Of a stretch of 64,000 nt of DNA, positions 13,596-26,431 are shown piece by piece. Each line of letters begins with the position of its first letter. Within the stretch, counting starts at the first letter, position 1. Made by a program: the position numbers and the translations under genes. The notes under the pieces were generated by a model. That model did no database searches. It saw only the letters and a program-made list of their open reading frames with translations, and was not told the origin of the DNA. Source of the stretch: Octopus bimaculoides (Eukaryota); contig NC_068989.1 in NCBI RefSeq assembly GCF_001194135.2, forward strand, positions 49,100,940 to 49,164,939, given 5' to 3'.

Positions 13596-13627
13596 TTAGG
13601 CATGGCTGAATTGACTCTTGTGTATTA
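13596..13627 (-). CDS. Candidate 32-nt exon, phase 2->1 (NTQESIQPCL)
   Basis: Acceptor ttaatctataccag, donor TAA|gtaaga. The only open frame is the one that fits 13141-13172. Confidence 0.3.
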
Positions 13628-15104
13628 CTGGTATAGATTAAGCAATCACAAAAGAATGTAATTTGCTCAAGGATTTAAACTGAGATTGTAGATGCTGTCA
13701 TCATGATCATGATCATCATAATTGTATTAACGTCTAAATTTCCAGTCTTGCATGGGTCAGATGGAATTCATTGAGTCAGATTTTTTACAGTTGCATGCCC
13801 CTCCTGTCTTCAACCCTTATCTATTTCGAAGCATGAAAATATTTCCTCATGGACATAGAAGATTGGATATCAAACACACCATTGGTAAGACAGTACTACC
13901 TGTTTACAGCTGCCAAACCATGACAATACATGGATGTGCACATACACGACAGGTATCTTTCAGTTTCCATCTATCAAATTTACTCACAAGATTTTGGTCA
14001 GAAGACATTTTCCCAAGGTGCCATGCAGTAGGAATAAAGAAGCCATACTGTAGGGTTGATACCTTTTGTACAAAGTTAAAATCTTCAGTAAGTAACAGTA
14101 GTATTAATAATGACAGCTTTTTTGTGATATAGCTGGTAGTAGATCTAAGGTAGCATTTCCAATAATATGGACTTCTGCAAATTACACTTAGATTAATGCT
14201 TGATGTAAAGGTCTCTTTTAAATCATTTGATTTGGTTATATTAGGATAATATATTCACACCCACAGTAAAAACAAAAGAAAATCTTCTGAACCCCCCCCC
14301 CCCCNNNNNNNNNNTTACCTTATAATAATACTGCCTCTATTGCTAATATGTACAGTATTTTTTCACAAGCTCACTGGCTAATCACACCTCTCCTCGGACT
14401 GGTTTTCTATGAATAGCTGGTAGGGAGATGAGTTGCTGCTATTTCTAATGGTTGAGTGTCCATAATTGACAAGACCAAAGAAGGTTCAAATCACATGATC
14501 TAGGGATCTTGGTGCTGGAGGTGGTGGGGATTTATCTCCCTACTAGTAATATAAACAAGAGTGCATTTTGCACTAAAAACCAATATCTGAGTTTCTCTCA
14601 TGGTATCTAACATTGTATAGTCTGTTCTAACAGAACATTCACATTTAAGTGGTGATAAATGTGAGTGTCATGTTTGAAACAGATTTAAAACAAATATCAT
14701 ATCCATTCCTGCAATTAACAGGAATTAAAATGTGTTTATCAGTCAAACAATGCACCCAAAGCATAGTTTATTTGCACTTGTCTGTAAAGGGTTAATTTAA
14801 CCAATATCATATTAGATAATAAACAATAAGCAATAAGGAAAATCATTAACAATGAACTATAAATAAGAAGAGAAAACAAACATAACATGATAACTAAAAT
14901 GTACTGCACTCATTTCTATAAATATTGAAAGACATGATAAGAAATGCACATTGAATAAAGTAGAATTTTTATTGACCTACTTCTGGCAATAAATTAGTGC
15001 CTTGCATCTGCCAACCATGATTTTACAGTACTAAGTTGCAATGAAACCCAGGACTCTGCTTGTTATTATTTCTAGTACCTTGAAACAAATCTGGTATAGA
15101 TTTC

Positions 15105-15600
15105 ATCATCATTTAACATCCGTTTTCCATGCTGGTATGGGTTGGATGGTTTGACTGAAAACCGGTAAGCTGCACCAAGTTCCAATCTGATTTGACATGC
15201 TTTCTACAGCAGGATGCCCTTCCTAACATCAACCACTCCAAGAGTGCAGTGGGTGCCTTTTACATGTCACCAGCACGGATGCTAGTTACACACACTGACA
15301 TCAGCTATGACTGTGATCTCACTTGGCTTAACAGATCTTCTCAAGCACAGTATATTGCTAAAGGTCTCGGTCACTTGTCACTGCTTCCATGAAGCCCAAC
15401 ATTTGAACAGAGCTTTTTACATGTCGCTGGCACGGGTTCCAGCTATGTGACACTGGCATTGGGCACAACTAAGGTTTCACTTGGCTTGACAGGTCTTCTC
15501 AAGCACAGCATATCACCCAACATCTGAGTGCACTTTTTATGTGCCAGTTACATGACACTGGCATCAGCCACAACTACAATTTCACTTGGCTTGACGGTTT
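15105..15600 (-). mobile_element. Family A SINE-like element with about three internal subrepeats
   Basis: The unit acactggcatc...tttcacttggcttgacaggtcttctcaagcacagcatat occurs near 15292, 15450 and 15553 (last truncated). Confidence 0.7.
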
Positions 15601-16529
15601 TATACATAACATATGCTTTACACAGAAAAGTAATTCCTTTTTGCAGCCATTTTCCCATGCTAGTATGGGTTAGACAAATATATTATCAAGACATTGTTTT
15701 ACAGGTGGCTGCTTTTCCTGTCATTAAACCACTACCAACTTTTGAAGTAAGGGGATCTCTTATTTAACATGACTTCAAAGATACAATGCTAGTGGATGAT
15801 TTACAAACAGGGGAAATGGCAACAACATTACCATATGTATCTCAGTGATTTTCAGAGAAGCACCAATACAAACTAGCACATGTATATATACGCAAATACA
15901 TATACACATACACCCCACCCAAATAAACAAGAACACACATATGCACAGCTAGCTTCTTTCAGTTTTCATCTAGCAAATCCAATTACAATAGCTTGATGAG
16001 CTCAGAACTATAACAGAAGGCATTTACCCAAGGTGCCATGCAGCAGGATTGAACCCCAAACCGCATGGTTGCAAAGTAAGCTTTTCAACCACACACCAAT
16101 GCCTTCACCTGTAGCACCTCTTTCATAAACAGGAAATTAATTCACAAGTCAGAATGATTTAAAATATAAAAATAAAAATAAAAACCGGCAAACATTATTG
16201 CAAGCATAATCAAAATAATACTTCAAATGTAAGCTGGTTTGGTTAACAGAACAGAAAAAAATCAAATTACTCTTGCAATAAACAGAAGAGGTTTCAAATC
16301 TCTTGTGATAATGCATTGGTAAGTTTTTAATTTAGTAATAATTATTAGCAGAGTTGTGTTATGAAGTAGACATCTTGAAAATCTAAATGATACAAGATAC
16401 ATTTGATAAACATTTGAATCTTTGTAAGTGTTACTACAAATGTACGCCAAAACAGTAAATCTTTCTCAAAAACTTATATAATTTCTTCTGTGTTTATTAA
16501 TATATTTTTGATTTTGAAATGTAATTCTT

Positions 16530-16760
16530 TTTACTCCTTCTTTCACCATATTTCTGCTAAGAAACACTGCCTCTGTTTCAATTAATTCTTAAAATTATGA
16601 AGAAGTTAATAAAACAACTTGATCATTATTAAGTTGGTGTTTGAAACGTAAATTAACCTGAAATTTAGATGGAAGGTTTTAATTTAGAACATTTTAAAAC
16701 AGGAAGTTTGTATCAAAGAACCAAGGGAAGTTTCAAGTAGATTAGTATCAAAAGGGTTAA
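16530..16760. mobile_element. piggyBac-like MITE (diverged), same family as 60972-61194 in the opposite orientation
   Basis: Ends in gtatcaaaagggttaa. The interior is reverse-complement similar to 60972-61194. Confidence 0.6.
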
Positions 16761-17011
16761 TGGAAGTGACTGAAATTAAATGACTTTGAATATCTAGGTA
16801 GGTGCCTTATTATTCAGTATTTAAATCTATTTATCCTTCCAAGCTGGCTAGATAAGATAAAATGATGACTATATGCCTACTAGCTAAGTTTATACTAGAT
16901 CTGCATTTAGTAACAGATAAATTTCTCATCTACTTAACATTAAAGAAACTAGAGCTGCATCAATTTATTGAAACTTTTGTGGTCACAGACAGAAAAAAAA
17001 GGCAAAAAAAA

Positions 17012-17365
17012 TAAAATGAGGAGGAAGCTTGCCAAATATCATGAGCTGGTGGAACAATGTAAAAATCAGGGCTGGCAGGCACATTGTGAGGGAATTCAGG
17101 TTTTGTCGGGTTGGGGTGTTCATTCTTGAAAGTTCTGGCAGAGTTTGGAGTTACTGGTGTAGCAAAGTGGTGGGCAATAAATTCCATCACTGAAGCAGCA
17201 GAGAAGGACACTAGGTGACTTTGGATAAAGAAGACAAACCAGTGGTTTGCTGCTACTGGGACTTGATTAACCCCAGATGGGTAAATTGATTGATGGTGCC
17301 TGATATTGAAAACTGAAAACTCTCTATGACCCCAGAAACATCACTGATAATGCATCCTGGGGCAT
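17012..17365 (+). mobile_element. 3' end of a HERO-like non-LTR retrotransposon (RLE-domain C-terminus plus 3' UTR)
   Basis: Translation RKLAKYHELVEQCKNQGWQAHCEGIQV...LKVLAEFGVTGVAKWWAINSITEAAEKDTR*LWIKK matches the HERO C-terminal pattern RK..KY.ELV..C...GW...C.PIEVG...EAAEKASRWLWIKR (from recall). Frameshifted, with stops. Confidence 0.8.
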
Positions 17366-17454
17366 TAAAAGCTAGTCAAAATATATTTTTATGGTATGTA
17401 ATTCAGTGTCTCACATATAGTGAGTTCAAAACTTTAAGCATTTATTTTTTTTAT

Positions 17455-18050
17455 CTGTTTCAGTCATTAGACTGTGGCCATGCTGCGGCAGCTCCTTGAA
17501 GAATTCTCGTTGAATGAATTGACTCCAGTCCTTATTTTTTAAAGCCTGGCACTTATTCTATTGGTCTCTTTTTGCCGAACCATAAAGTTATGAGGACATA
17601 AACACACTGACACTGGATGTCAAGCACTGATGGCTTTTATAGCCAATTAAATTAAATAAAGCAGTGATGGGGAGGCGGGACAAACATAGACACAAAGATA
17701 CACATACCTATATATCATCATCATCATCATCATTTAATGTTCTCCTTCCATGATGGCAGGGGTTCGATGGTTTGATAGGAGCTGGCCAGGCAGGAGCCTG
17801 TACCATGCTTCTGTGTCTGTTTTGGCATGGTTTTTATGGCTAGATGCCTTTCCTAACACCTACCACACACACACACACATGATGAGCTTTTTTCAGTTTC
17901 CCCCTACCAAATCCACTCAAAAGGCTTTGATTGGCTCAAGGCTATAGCAGCTATAGTAGAAGATACTTGCCCAAGGTGCCACACAGTGGGAATTAACCTT
18001 GGACCATGTGGTTGGGAAGCAAATTTCTTACCACACAACCGTGCCTGCAC
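17455..18050 (-). mobile_element. Family B SINE with a family A fragment (about 17717-17865) in its internal microsatellite
   Basis: Tail at 17455-17700 and head at 17885-18050 match 63621-64000. The intervening catcatcatcatttaatgttctccttccatg... is the family A end. Confidence 0.7.
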
Positions 18051-18774
18051 CACTTTATTGATAAATTAAGCATTTTGTTTGCTGCTCTATTAATTTTGCC
18101 AATCATTATCTTCGATATTGTTTCCAATTTAGGTGCATGGCAGGTAATTTAGTTGGGAAGGAGTTAGGTTACCATGAACCAGCAGCTAACAGGTTCTTTA
18201 ATTCAGTGACTGAAATGGATAAAGGGTGAAATTAATCTTGATGGGATTTGAATCCAGAATGTAAAAGGTTGGAAAAATTATTGCAAAACATTGTCTGACA
18301 CTCGTACACGTCTACCAATCCACTGTTCTTTCCATTATCATCATCACTATTTCAAAGTATGCTTTTTCAATGTTCACATGGATTGGATGGAATTTGTTGA
18401 GGTAGATTTTCTGCAGTCAGATATACTTTCTGGTGCTAACTTTTACCTGTTTCCAGGTATGGTAATATTCCCCCATGGCCAGACCTGTTTCCAGAGAAGC
18501 ATGGAAATGAAGAACACTATTGGCATGATGGTGGCAATCGGTTACAACTATGAAACAGAGTCAAAACAAAGAGACAACACACACACAATGGGCTTCTTTC
18601 ACATTTTATCTACTGATCCATTCACAAGGCTTTATTTGGCCTGGGTCTATAGAAGAAAACACTTGTCCAAGATGTCACACAGTGAGACTGTACCTTAAAT
18701 CAAGTGGATGGGAAGCAAACTTCTTTCTACACAACCATACCTGTACCTTGTCAACAATAATGATAATAATTGTT

Positions 18775-19612
18775 TCTGATATAGGCACAAGACCAAAAAT
18801 TTGAAGAAGGAGAGCAGACCCCAAATACTTGACAAGTACTTTATTTTATCAGGCCTAAATGGAAGAAAAGCAAAATTCTCCTCAACAGGGTTTGAGCTCA
18901 GAATGTAATGATCTGGAAGAAATGAAGAAATACATTTTGTCTGATGAATATGTTAATCTGCTAACCTTGATAATAATCAAAAGGTCTGAAATTTGGGGAA
19001 GGGCATTAATTGATTATGTCAATCTCAGTACCTGACTGGGACTGACTTATCTTCTGGAACCCCAGAAGAGTGAAAGGCAAAGTCAACCTTGGCAAGATCT
19101 GAACCCAGAAAATAAATAGTTGGATTAAATACTACAAGGAATTTTGCCTGCTAATTCAAGTAATCTGCCAACCTATTAATAATGGTTTCAAATTTTGGCA
19201 CAAGGCCAGCAAGTTTGGTTGGGGTGGGAGCAAGTCGATTAGATTGACCTCAGTGTTTAACTAGTACTTATTTTACGACCTTGAAAAGACGAAAGGCAAA
19301 GTCAGCTTCAGCAGAATTTGAACTCAGAACATTAAGGCAGATGAAATGCCATTAAGCATTTTGCCTGATAAAATAACAATTCTGCCAGCTTTGCTATCCT
19401 AATAATAATAATAATCCTTACTACTAAAGGCTCAAGGCCTGAAATTTGGAGAGAGGGGACTAGTCGATTACATCAACCTCAGTGTTTCACTGGTACTTAA
19501 TTTATTGACCCCCCCCCCCAGGCAAAGTTGACTTTGGTGAAATTTGAACTCAGAATGTAGCTGCAAACAAGTGTTTTGCCCAGCGTGCTTACAATTCTGC
19601 CAGCTCACCATC

Positions 19613-19669
<57 letters not shown>

Positions 19670-20020
19670 GTTTCAAGTTTTGGTATAGGGCCAGCAGTTT
19701 TGAAGGGATGGGAGATGACTTCAGTACTTAACTGGTTCTTATTTTCTCAACCCTGAAGGGATGAAAAACAAAGGTAGCCTTGTTGGAATTTGAACTCAGA
19801 ATGTTAAGATGGATGAAATGCCACTAAGCATTTTACCAGGGGTCCTAACAGTTCTACTAGCTCACCACCTTGATAATAATTATAAAATGATTTCTAACAT
19901 TGGCACAGGTGACTAATTTTGGAGGAGAGCCCACTTGATTGAAGTAACAGCAATGCTTGAACAGCACTTATTTTATTGTTCCCAGAATGATAAAAAGCAG
20001 TCTGCCTAGACAAAATTTAA
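18775..20020 (-). mobile_element. Head-to-tail array of about six copies of tRNA-like SINE family C separated by (AAT)n
   Basis: The module ggcacaaggcc...gtcgatta...ctcagt...tggtacttattt...gaaaggcaaagtcaac...gaatttgaactcagaa...ctaagcattttgc...tctgccagct recurs about every 200 bp. Confidence 0.85.
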
Positions 20021-20711
20021 TATTCTATCCATCAAGCGAACAACCAGCCATAATTTGCAACTTAGCACCAAGTTCCATGTTTTGTAGGCAGAGCTATCCA
20101 TAAAATATTACTGGTAATTATTTCATCTAAATTAGAACCCAAACACAAAGAGTTAATTAAATACTCTAAGCTTCAAAAATATGAAGCCAAAAACGGATGG
20201 TTATTTTCCTTTCAAAAATGCTGAAGATATGGAAGCAATTACAATTTTCTCGGCATAAATAATAAGTTGCAATACCTTTCAACCAATTAACATTATGTAC
20301 ATTCATATGCAATATAAAATTGCTTGTGGTCTTACATATACAAAATACAGTAGCACATGTTTTGCTATGTTCTGTACTTTAAGAGTGTTTTCAATAAATA
20401 ATGTAATAACTGAAAGAAAATATTCCAATGGACACATAGTGTATGAAACAAAAATTATATACATACATACATTTATATATACATACATATATATATATAT
20501 ATATATACACACACATATATACGGTAATGCATAGATGTTTATCACATGTGTTTTTGGTGGTAGACAGTGATTAAAACATTAACTGATACAAAACTCAATA
20601 CAAAAAAATAGAGTTGTATTCTAGCCTAAGTCTGAAGATAAGAGTGACTGACTATTTGATATAAAAATGTGTGCATATTCATACATACAAATATGTATGT
20701 ATATACATGCA

Positions 20712-20767
<56 letters not shown>

Positions 20768-20889
20768 NNNNNNNNNNGAGAGAGAGAGAGGGAGAGAGAG
20801 AGAGAGAGGGAGAGAGAGAGAGAGAGAGTGTGTATGTGTAAACTTTGAGTCAGAAAATGGTAACATCAGTACCTTATTCCTCATGAGAC

Positions 20890-21250
20890 AACAGAAGAAG
20901 AATTACTTAGCTTGGAATAAACCCTAATGTCTAGCATTCACTGACCTGAAGAATATGTTTGACAGGGTTACTGACTTGTAACCTGGGACCACTAAAGAAA
21001 ACAAGGGTCAACAAATGACATGTTAAGGTCATATAAGCCATGAATTGAGGTGAAGTCAATGAAGAATTTAACATGAAGGTAATGGTCCAGTTCTAAGCTA
21101 TTTCCAATTTACTATATTCTTCCAAGCCATAACAAGGCCTTAAGACCAGCTATTTTTTGGAACTACTTTATGATGATGACTAAATTTGTAAAGCTGAATG
21201 TTGAGAAGATTTAGAGAAATTCCACATCTAACAACAAAAGTCTAGGATAA
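20890..21250 (+). mobile_element. Highly degraded RTE-type reverse transcriptase fragment
   Basis: ctagcattcactgacctgaagaatatgtttgacagggtt encodes LAFTDLKNMFDRV (cf. FVDLEKAFDRVP at 34133-34615), followed by MNEEFNMKV (cf. SEEFAVKV). Confidence 0.6.
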
Positions 21251-22674
21251 AATAAACTAAGCATAGACTAAAAATTTTATAAGTAGGAAGGGCATCCAGC
21301 TATAAAAGCCATCCCAAAGCAAACATTGTAGCTTGATGCAGTCCTTGGACATATCTCTTCCTGGGAAATTGTCCAACCCATGCCAGTATGGAACATGGAT
21401 GTTACATGACGAAAAAGACAAAACCCTTTTGCCATCAGGTGAATGGCATTGCTTACCATCACCCATTTTTATTGCTCTTTATCATTCTTTTCCGGTCCTA
21501 ATTTTCCCTGTCTCATAACCCTGTGTCCTTATTGCTCCCACTTCCCTGTCATACAGATTTTCTATTCTGTATAACTGCCTTACCAAAAACCAGTATGTAG
21601 CTGCCCATCACTGTCTCTCAGCCATTATTACTTCCTCTATCACCTCTCACCACTTTCACTCTGCTTCCTCTCATGATCTCTCTTCAATCTACTTTCAGTC
21701 ATATGTCTTAACCTTAACCATAACCCAACAAAGGATAGGTAAATGTTTTTAGTCTTTCCAGGCACAAAACAACTTCTCTAGTGCTGTTGTCATGAGAAAA
21801 TACATCCAGTACATTCTATAAAGTAAGTGACAGCACAGAAGTGTTTCTTCAGGCTTGTTGAGGACAACACACCAAGTACACTCTGTAAAGTGGTTGGCAT
21901 TAGGTAGGGCATCCAGACAAAGCTAAATATGGTGTATATGAGTGAGATACAATCTGTAGCTTTTCATAGGAGAGAAGTAGCTCTGAAGTTTTCAGAACCA
22001 TGGATTTAAGCAGCACCAGGAGCTAGTAAAAATACTCAGAGTATAATTATGAATATACTGCATCCTTGAATATAGTATATTCTGCTTAAATATGTTTGTT
22101 CTTAATAAAAAAAAAAATAATAAAATAGTGCGCAAGGAAACAAAAACGAAAAAGATAAATATATTTTTATAACTAAATTCATAAGTGTCATTTCATAAAT
22201 ATAATAACCAATCACATACACAGGAACACTTGTGCTCACACACACACAGGTACATGCATGCATGCTCTCTCTCTCTCTCACACACACACACTAACATGTC
22301 TTTATGCACAAACCCTGCAGAGATGGTTATACTTAATGATTATAGTACATCGTTTACTCCACAAAAATGTCAATTGTAAATAATTTATGGAGAAAAATAT
22401 CAAGAAAAATTACATCCACAACACCAAGCAAAGTGTGCACATGCGCATTTCTATGTGCAGCACGCAGATTAATGCAAGCAATAAAACAAAATTTCGTTTG
22501 TAGGAAAAAAAAAAAAAATTCAAACAAAATAATTCTGATGTGAACATCTTTTAACATAGGCAGAATATGACAACCATATTACAATGTAAATAATAGAACA
22601 GTATGAAACAAACCAGTCTTTTGACACACAAACACACATGCTCATGCATGCACACACAAGTATATATATATATC

Positions 22675-22706
<32 letters not shown>

Positions 22707-23302
22707 CATATTATAGGTATGTAATAATGATTTAGGTCTATTTTCTCATACTAGCATGGATGCGATTATTTCTTCCTGGAGTTATTGGATGTCCTTCCTA
22801 TAGTTAACCACTCAACCATGAAGCCAGAGAGAGAAGAGAAATCTGTTATTTTCAGTTGCATAAACTGGAGCAAACAGAGTTATGAGCTTTGCCCAGAGTG
22901 AAAACACAATAGCTATAGGAAGGATGTGAGTGTGTGCATGCACAAATGCATGAGTGTACTTCAAGAAATATTCAATATATTCACTTTGGGATAGAGGCCG
23001 TTTGAGATACTCCAAAAAGTTGTTTCTATCTTTTCAATTTTACACAATATGAATATAGTTAAAGAAATAAAATACAGAACAGAAACACCAACCACTAATA
23101 CGAGTAAAAATAAAATTATGTAAATAATAAAATAACCAGAAAAATAGCAACCACAAAAATATCATAAATAGCAACAAAAAAAGTTCAAAGAAAAAAACAA
23201 TACAAATGGCACCAGAATATAATATATAGAGAGGATGACTGCTTTGGACTTAACGAAGCGGTGTATTGAAAGAGTTGCAGATAATATTGTTGCAGAACTA
23301 AC

Positions 23303-23359
23303 CTCACTGTGAAAGCTTCCATACAAAATGCTGCAAACAGCAGTAATAAGTTGCCAGAT
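23303..23359 (-). CDS. Candidate 57-nt exon, phase 0->0 (IWQLITAVCSILYGSFHSE)
   Basis: Donor GAG|gttagt, acceptor gcatcctactag. A stronger acceptor 48 nt upstream gives a 105-nt exon with stops in all three frames. Confidence 0.2.
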
Positions 23360-23817
23360 CTAGTAGGATGCAATTGCAAGACTGACCACTTTCAATGAAC
23401 TTTCCGTCTGCAAATACAACAACAAGTATTTTGCCATCACAGGAATCTTACCAATACCCAACTAAGATTTGGATATGAATGTCAAATATAGATATTTTCT
23501 TTTGTTCATTTTTTAGATTTTCTTTCTGTGAGGGAGGGTGGTTAATTGATTATTTTTTTTATTTGTTGCGGGGGTGGGGTGGATCCTGTTGTATTTATAT
23601 ATTTGTAATCCCAGTAATATTTTCAGCTTTATGATTTAGTTTTGAATTTTATTGAATTTCTTTTTTTCTTTTATTTTGTTAAATATTATCAACATTAAAA
23701 GAAAACAGCAATAGCATTTTGCTCAAGTCAACTTCTACCAGATTTGAATCTTGCTCATTTGAGAAACTTCAAATTAAATATCTTCATATCTTCCTCTTCA
23801 AACAGTAAATAGCAAGA

Positions 23818-24022
23818 NNNNNNNNNNNNNNNNNNNNNNNNNNNNNNNNNNNNNNNNNNNNNNNNNNNNNNNNNNNNNNNNNNNNNNNNNNNNNNNNNNN
23901 NNNNNNNNNNNNNNNNNNNNNNNNNNNNNNNNNNNNNNNNNNNNNNNNNNNNNNNNNNNNNNNNNNNNNNNNNNNNNNNNNNNNNNNNNNNNNNNNNNNN
24001 NNNNNNNNNNNNNNNNNNNNNN
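23818..24022. other. Assembly gap (others: 1747-1771, 14305-14314, 20768-20777, 35789-35798, 37747-37985, 58593-58983, 62154-62544)
   Basis: Runs of N, most abutting (TA)n, (GA)n, (CA)n or homopolymer tracts. Confidence 0.99.
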
Positions 24023-24055
<33 letters not shown>

Positions 24056-24556
24056 GAGCTATGCAAGAATGTATATGAAGGATATTTTAGGAAAGAAAAT
24101 TATTTAAAAAAGCATAAATTACAATGAGAAACTAAAATAAATATCCAGTATTTTCAAAATAAACCAAAACAAACTAATAAAAAATAGGCAAAATAAAAAT
24201 GAAATTAAATTATAATAAAGAAAATCAGTGTAAGTTTAAAACAGATTAATTTGTTTTCTGAGGTTTTTAGAATTTCATGCAAAGCAGGCATAAAGTCAAC
24301 CTGTTAAAACAGTATGATTACTGGTACTCAGACTTCAACACAAAATGATGCATACCCAAAACAGATAAAATAAATAAAGCGTTTAATCTGCATAGCTGCA
24401 CGGTTATGTGGTTATATATGGCTACTAGTAAAACAAGGAGCTTATTTAGGGAAGACATGTCACTTCAATGGTCACAAAGAAAGAAAATTTAAAAGATTCA
24501 GTTATTTCTAATGGAATTGGAAATGAGGACTTCATGACACTGGCCGAGATCTCTAA

Positions 24557-24640
24557 AGCAGGAGTCCCCCAAACACCAGGCCATAGACCAGTACCAGCCC
24601 ATGGATCATTTGGTACAGAGACACACAAAAAGAATAAATT
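24557..24640. mobile_element. Terminal fragment of a hAT (Charlie/MER1-like) element
   Basis: caggagtcccccaaacaccaggccatagaccagtaccagcccatgg resembles the hAT-Charlie terminus cagggGTCCCCAAccccCGGGCCACGGACCAGTACCGGTCCGTGG (from recall). Confidence 0.5.
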
Positions 24641-26330
24641 TATATATATATATATAAATATACTTCAATGTAATAGTAGAAATAAAATGAATAATGTATG
24701 ATATAATTGCATTTGTATTATATAGGTAATAATAACTGAGATGGCAAGCTGACAGAATTGTTCATGCACCAGACAAAATGTTAAGCATTTTGTCCCATCT
24801 TTACATTCTGAGTTCTAATTCTGCTGTTGACCTTGCCTTTCATCCATCTGGGGTTGATTAAATAAGTACCAATCAAGTATAAGGATCGATGTAATTGACT
24901 TCCCCTTTCCTCAAAAACTGCTAGCACTGTGCCAAAATTTGAAACCATTCTTGATGTAATAATTAAATAATTCACTTTATTTTTGTTATGAACATGATCC
25001 CCTGGTCCATGGAAATAACTGCCTTGCATGAAACCAGTCCATGGACCAAGACACTGCTCTAAATTATATTTGTAACATGGCTCTCTAGAATCTCAAAAAC
25101 ACTGGTATTTAATTGAAGAGAAAAGTTAACCGATTCAGCACTCAACAATACTGTGATATATTGCATAGAAATTGGGGAGGTGAATGTGAAGAGACCATGA
25201 ACATGAAAAACATGAACAGAACTTGTGAAAATAGAGAGAGAAATAAAAAAACTAGCCAGATTTTCTACTATAGATAGCATTTTAGTAGCTTTTCCTTATT
25301 AACAACAAGAGAGTATCATCAAAGCACTAACAACAGTGGTAGTATGAAAGAGAAAAAGAGTATGAAATGGGAAATGTGTTTGTTGATGCTATTCGATTTA
25401 CTTGTAGTTTAAGAAAGAAATGATATATCCAAACCGATGAATATTTGTTCAAATTTTAATGTATGATATAAAGGAGAAATGACAAGTACATAACTGTTTG
25501 GCAGCCAAAGGAGTGAAGATGTCCAAGAATAATCACGTTCTTTATTGATCCTCACTTCAGACAGAAAAAATAGGAAATATCTAAGACAGCCAACAGGAAA
25601 TTGTATCTGCTTGTGTGTGGGCACATGTTTGTGTTAAACTTATAACTAATGGAGGGTACAGTTTCTGAGCAAAAGATAACAAAGGCACACTAAGTCGATT
25701 TGATGAACAACAGTCAATAGATTTTTATAGCAGTGATTATCTCTCTCTCATCTCTGTCTTCCCATCGTTTCTTCTTCTCTTGAGAGAGAAAGAGAGGAAA
25801 TAATGTTCACTTCTATAATAAGCTCAACCATGCCTAATCCTTATATTATTTTCTCAGGTGATAGATTTTGTAATATTACTGGTGTTAGACTGAACAACTA
25901 AAACAAATACTACCATAGCAACTGTACTTTTCGTTACTTAACATTAGAGAAGGTGACAAGCTGGCAGAATTATTTACATTTGATGGATATTTGTCCTCAT
26001 CTTGTTTGTTGTAAATAATGTACATAATTCCTCATCTCTTAAATATAGAAGTGGCAGAATTGTTAGCACACTGGACAAAATGTTTTGCAGCATTTTGTCT
26101 GTCTTTACGGTCTGAGTTCAAACTCCACCAAGATGCACTTTGCCTTTCGTCCTTTCGGGGTCAATAAAATAAGTACCAGTTAAACACTGGGGCTGATATA
26201 ATTGACTTACTCCCTCCCTGAAATTGCTGGCTTTGTGTCAATATTTTAAAACAATATTAGAGAGGGTATTGATCATTTTGTAAAATCACATGCCTTCAAA
26301 TATGCTGAATTTAGGAAAATTCCTCACATG

Positions 26331-26412
26331 CATACACTCAAGCACACACATGCATGTGCATACACTCAAGCACACACATGCATGTGCATACACTAAAGCG
26401 CACACATGCACA
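26331..26412. repeat. 28-bp tandem repeat, about three copies
   Basis: catacactcaagcacacacatgcatgtg twice exactly, plus one diverged copy. Confidence 0.9.
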
Positions 26413-26431
26413 CATACACACAAAAATATAT

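Noticed and set aside
18775-20020. CRISPR-like or satellite array
   Set aside because: The units are about 200-bp diverged SINE copies also dispersed singly, with no short identical repeats or unique spacers
22857-22926. Plus-strand segment with strong acceptor (ctgttattttcag) and donor (GAT|gtgagt)
   Set aside because: Stop codons in all three frames; at most a non-coding exon
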